The position numbers and the translations under genes were made by a program. This document shows, one piece after another, positions 62,601 through 64,000 of a stretch of DNA of 64,000 bases (its first letter is position 1; each line of letters begins with the position of its first letter). A model generated the notes under the pieces. The model saw nothing but the letters and a program-made list of their open reading frames with translations. It searched no databases and was not told the DNA's origin. Source of the DNA: Bugula neritina (Eukaryota > Animalia > Bryozoa); the NCBI GenBank assembly GCA_964035545.1, contig OZ037767.1, positions 13,253,801-13,317,800 on the forward strand. Direction: 5' to 3'.

Positions 62601-62778
62601 ACAACCGCATCACCAACAACTACAACCTCAGCCCCAACAACTGTAGCACCAACAACCTCAGCACCAACAACTACAACCTCAGCCCCAACAACTGTAGCAC
62701 CAACAACCTCAGCACCAACAACTACAACCTCAGCCCCAACAACTGTAGCACCAACAACTGCAGCAGCCACTACTGCAG
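56655..62778 (+). CDS. Secreted or cell-surface mucin-like Thr/Ala/Pro-rich glycoprotein, giant first coding exon (about 2040 aa; 3'-partial)
   Basis: ATG directly after the acceptor; signal-peptide-like MKHFKVIAKMILQLALTLFIQQA; about 6 kb of 21-bp repeats encoding APATTTT and APTTTTA; GCAG|gtaata donor, phase 1. Confidence 0.88.
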
Positions 62779-63611
62779 GTAATATTTTATTCATTTTTCA
62801 TCTGCTTGCATTCCCATTTTCTACAAATGCCACATTTTGAGCTCAACCAATAGACTTGCGTGTGTTTATTGAAAAACTTTCCTTTCTTTTATAATTTGAA
62901 CTTGCTGCATTAAGCGAAACATTACCAAAGTACTATTAAGCAATCTTTGACAGTTATAGCAGTGATATTGTTATATTATCTAACAAATGATTATAAAACT
63001 TATAAGGTAGCTTCATTTGAATTTTATTTTTTGCAATGGCATATGGTGTTAAGTGTTAGCTCTCACCTCAAAACACAAACACTACATTATGTTAATATCA
63101 AGTGAGACATTGCGGTGTCGATGCATGCCTTTCAAGCTTCTCCCACAACTATAACTGTAAAAGTGAAGCAATAGAGAAGACAATGAAGGGCAACAAGAGC
63201 TCTTACTTCTGAAATATATATATAGGTTTTTGCTTATAAAAGCTCTGGGTATGGTTGGAGTTTAATCTGTAAGGAAAATAGGACAGGGTAGCAGGACGTG
63301 ACATGAAACTAAGGGCTGCTTACTCAAAGTTTCAAATTTGACTGTTTTTATTTTGTCTTTTTTTAAAATTTATTGCAATACAAATTTATATTTGTGCTAC
63401 AGTTTCATTAAATCAAGTGTCTGTAACATGAAATAGAGTTTATCTTGAGGCTGGTTGTTGACCACTTTTTTACTTTTCTAAACATAAAGGAAATGATACA
63501 TGTTGCTAGGGAAGACAACTCTAATTGAAACTTGAGTAACATGGTAATAAATACAGAGAACACACTCATTGCACATGCAACATATTGCAACTTAATTTTT
63601 GAAGCTTTTGT

Positions 63612-63642
<31 letters not shown>

Positions 63643-64000
63643 TTATAAAAGAAAAAACAAAAACAGAATTTAGTTTGGCATTTCAGCTTTTTGCAAATAT
63701 AAAGTTTAAGCAAAATAAATTCCTTTGGCATCAACTTTGGCAATAATTGAAAACACTACCAGTTTTGCATCAATTTATCTTTTATTTCCACTAAATAATA
63801 GAAAAGGACTGAAATTTAACCCAATTACATTGATCATACATTTCTGGTTAAATTTTCCATTCTCTTAGAATAGGCTCTTGCCATCTTTATATTTTTAGGT
63901 GCTGCTATCTATAATTGCTATAGCATTTGAGCATCGCTTTTCTTCTCATCAAAAATCAATATTTCTAATTGTTTTATTTTGATTATTTATCATTATTGTA

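Noticed and set aside
56760-62770. Antifreeze glycoprotein identity for the Thr/Ala repeat
   Set aside because: Fish AFGPs use Ala-Ala-Thr tripeptide periodicity; this is a Thr-dominated heptad with Pro, typical of mucin PTS domains.
56621-62794. 2057-aa Val/Gly/Ala ORF on the minus strand and Gln-rich ORF 56734..57060
   Set aside because: Alternate-frame products of the 21-bp repeat; promoter, signal peptide and splice sites support the plus-strand Thr-rich frame.

Overview
AT-rich animal (invertebrate-type) nuclear DNA with spliceosomal GT-AG introns, not prokaryotic; I cannot identify the species. The left 35-39 kb holds the 5' part of a giant AHNAK/periaxin-like repeat-protein gene on the minus strand. 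I assembled 24 coding exons by hand with fully consistent intron phases: ATG at 34831, 8135 coding nt (about 2710 aa) in the window, running off the left edge. The predicted protein starts MGLSLSS (N-myristoylation consensus), shows no PDZ domain and has 77-81 aa repeats spread over two giant exons. The right end holds a plus-strand Thr/Ala/Pro-rich mucin-like gene (TATA+Inr near 55.96 kb, 6.1 kb repeat exon 56654-62778, presumably continuing beyond the window) and a small, probably degenerate paralogue at about 47.3-48.2 kb. Introns and the intergenic region carry tRNA-derived SINEs, MITE/foldback elements, a non-autonomous DNA transposon, a 5'-truncated CR1/L2-group LINE and many micro/minisatellites, two of which are arrays of transcription-factor-like motifs.
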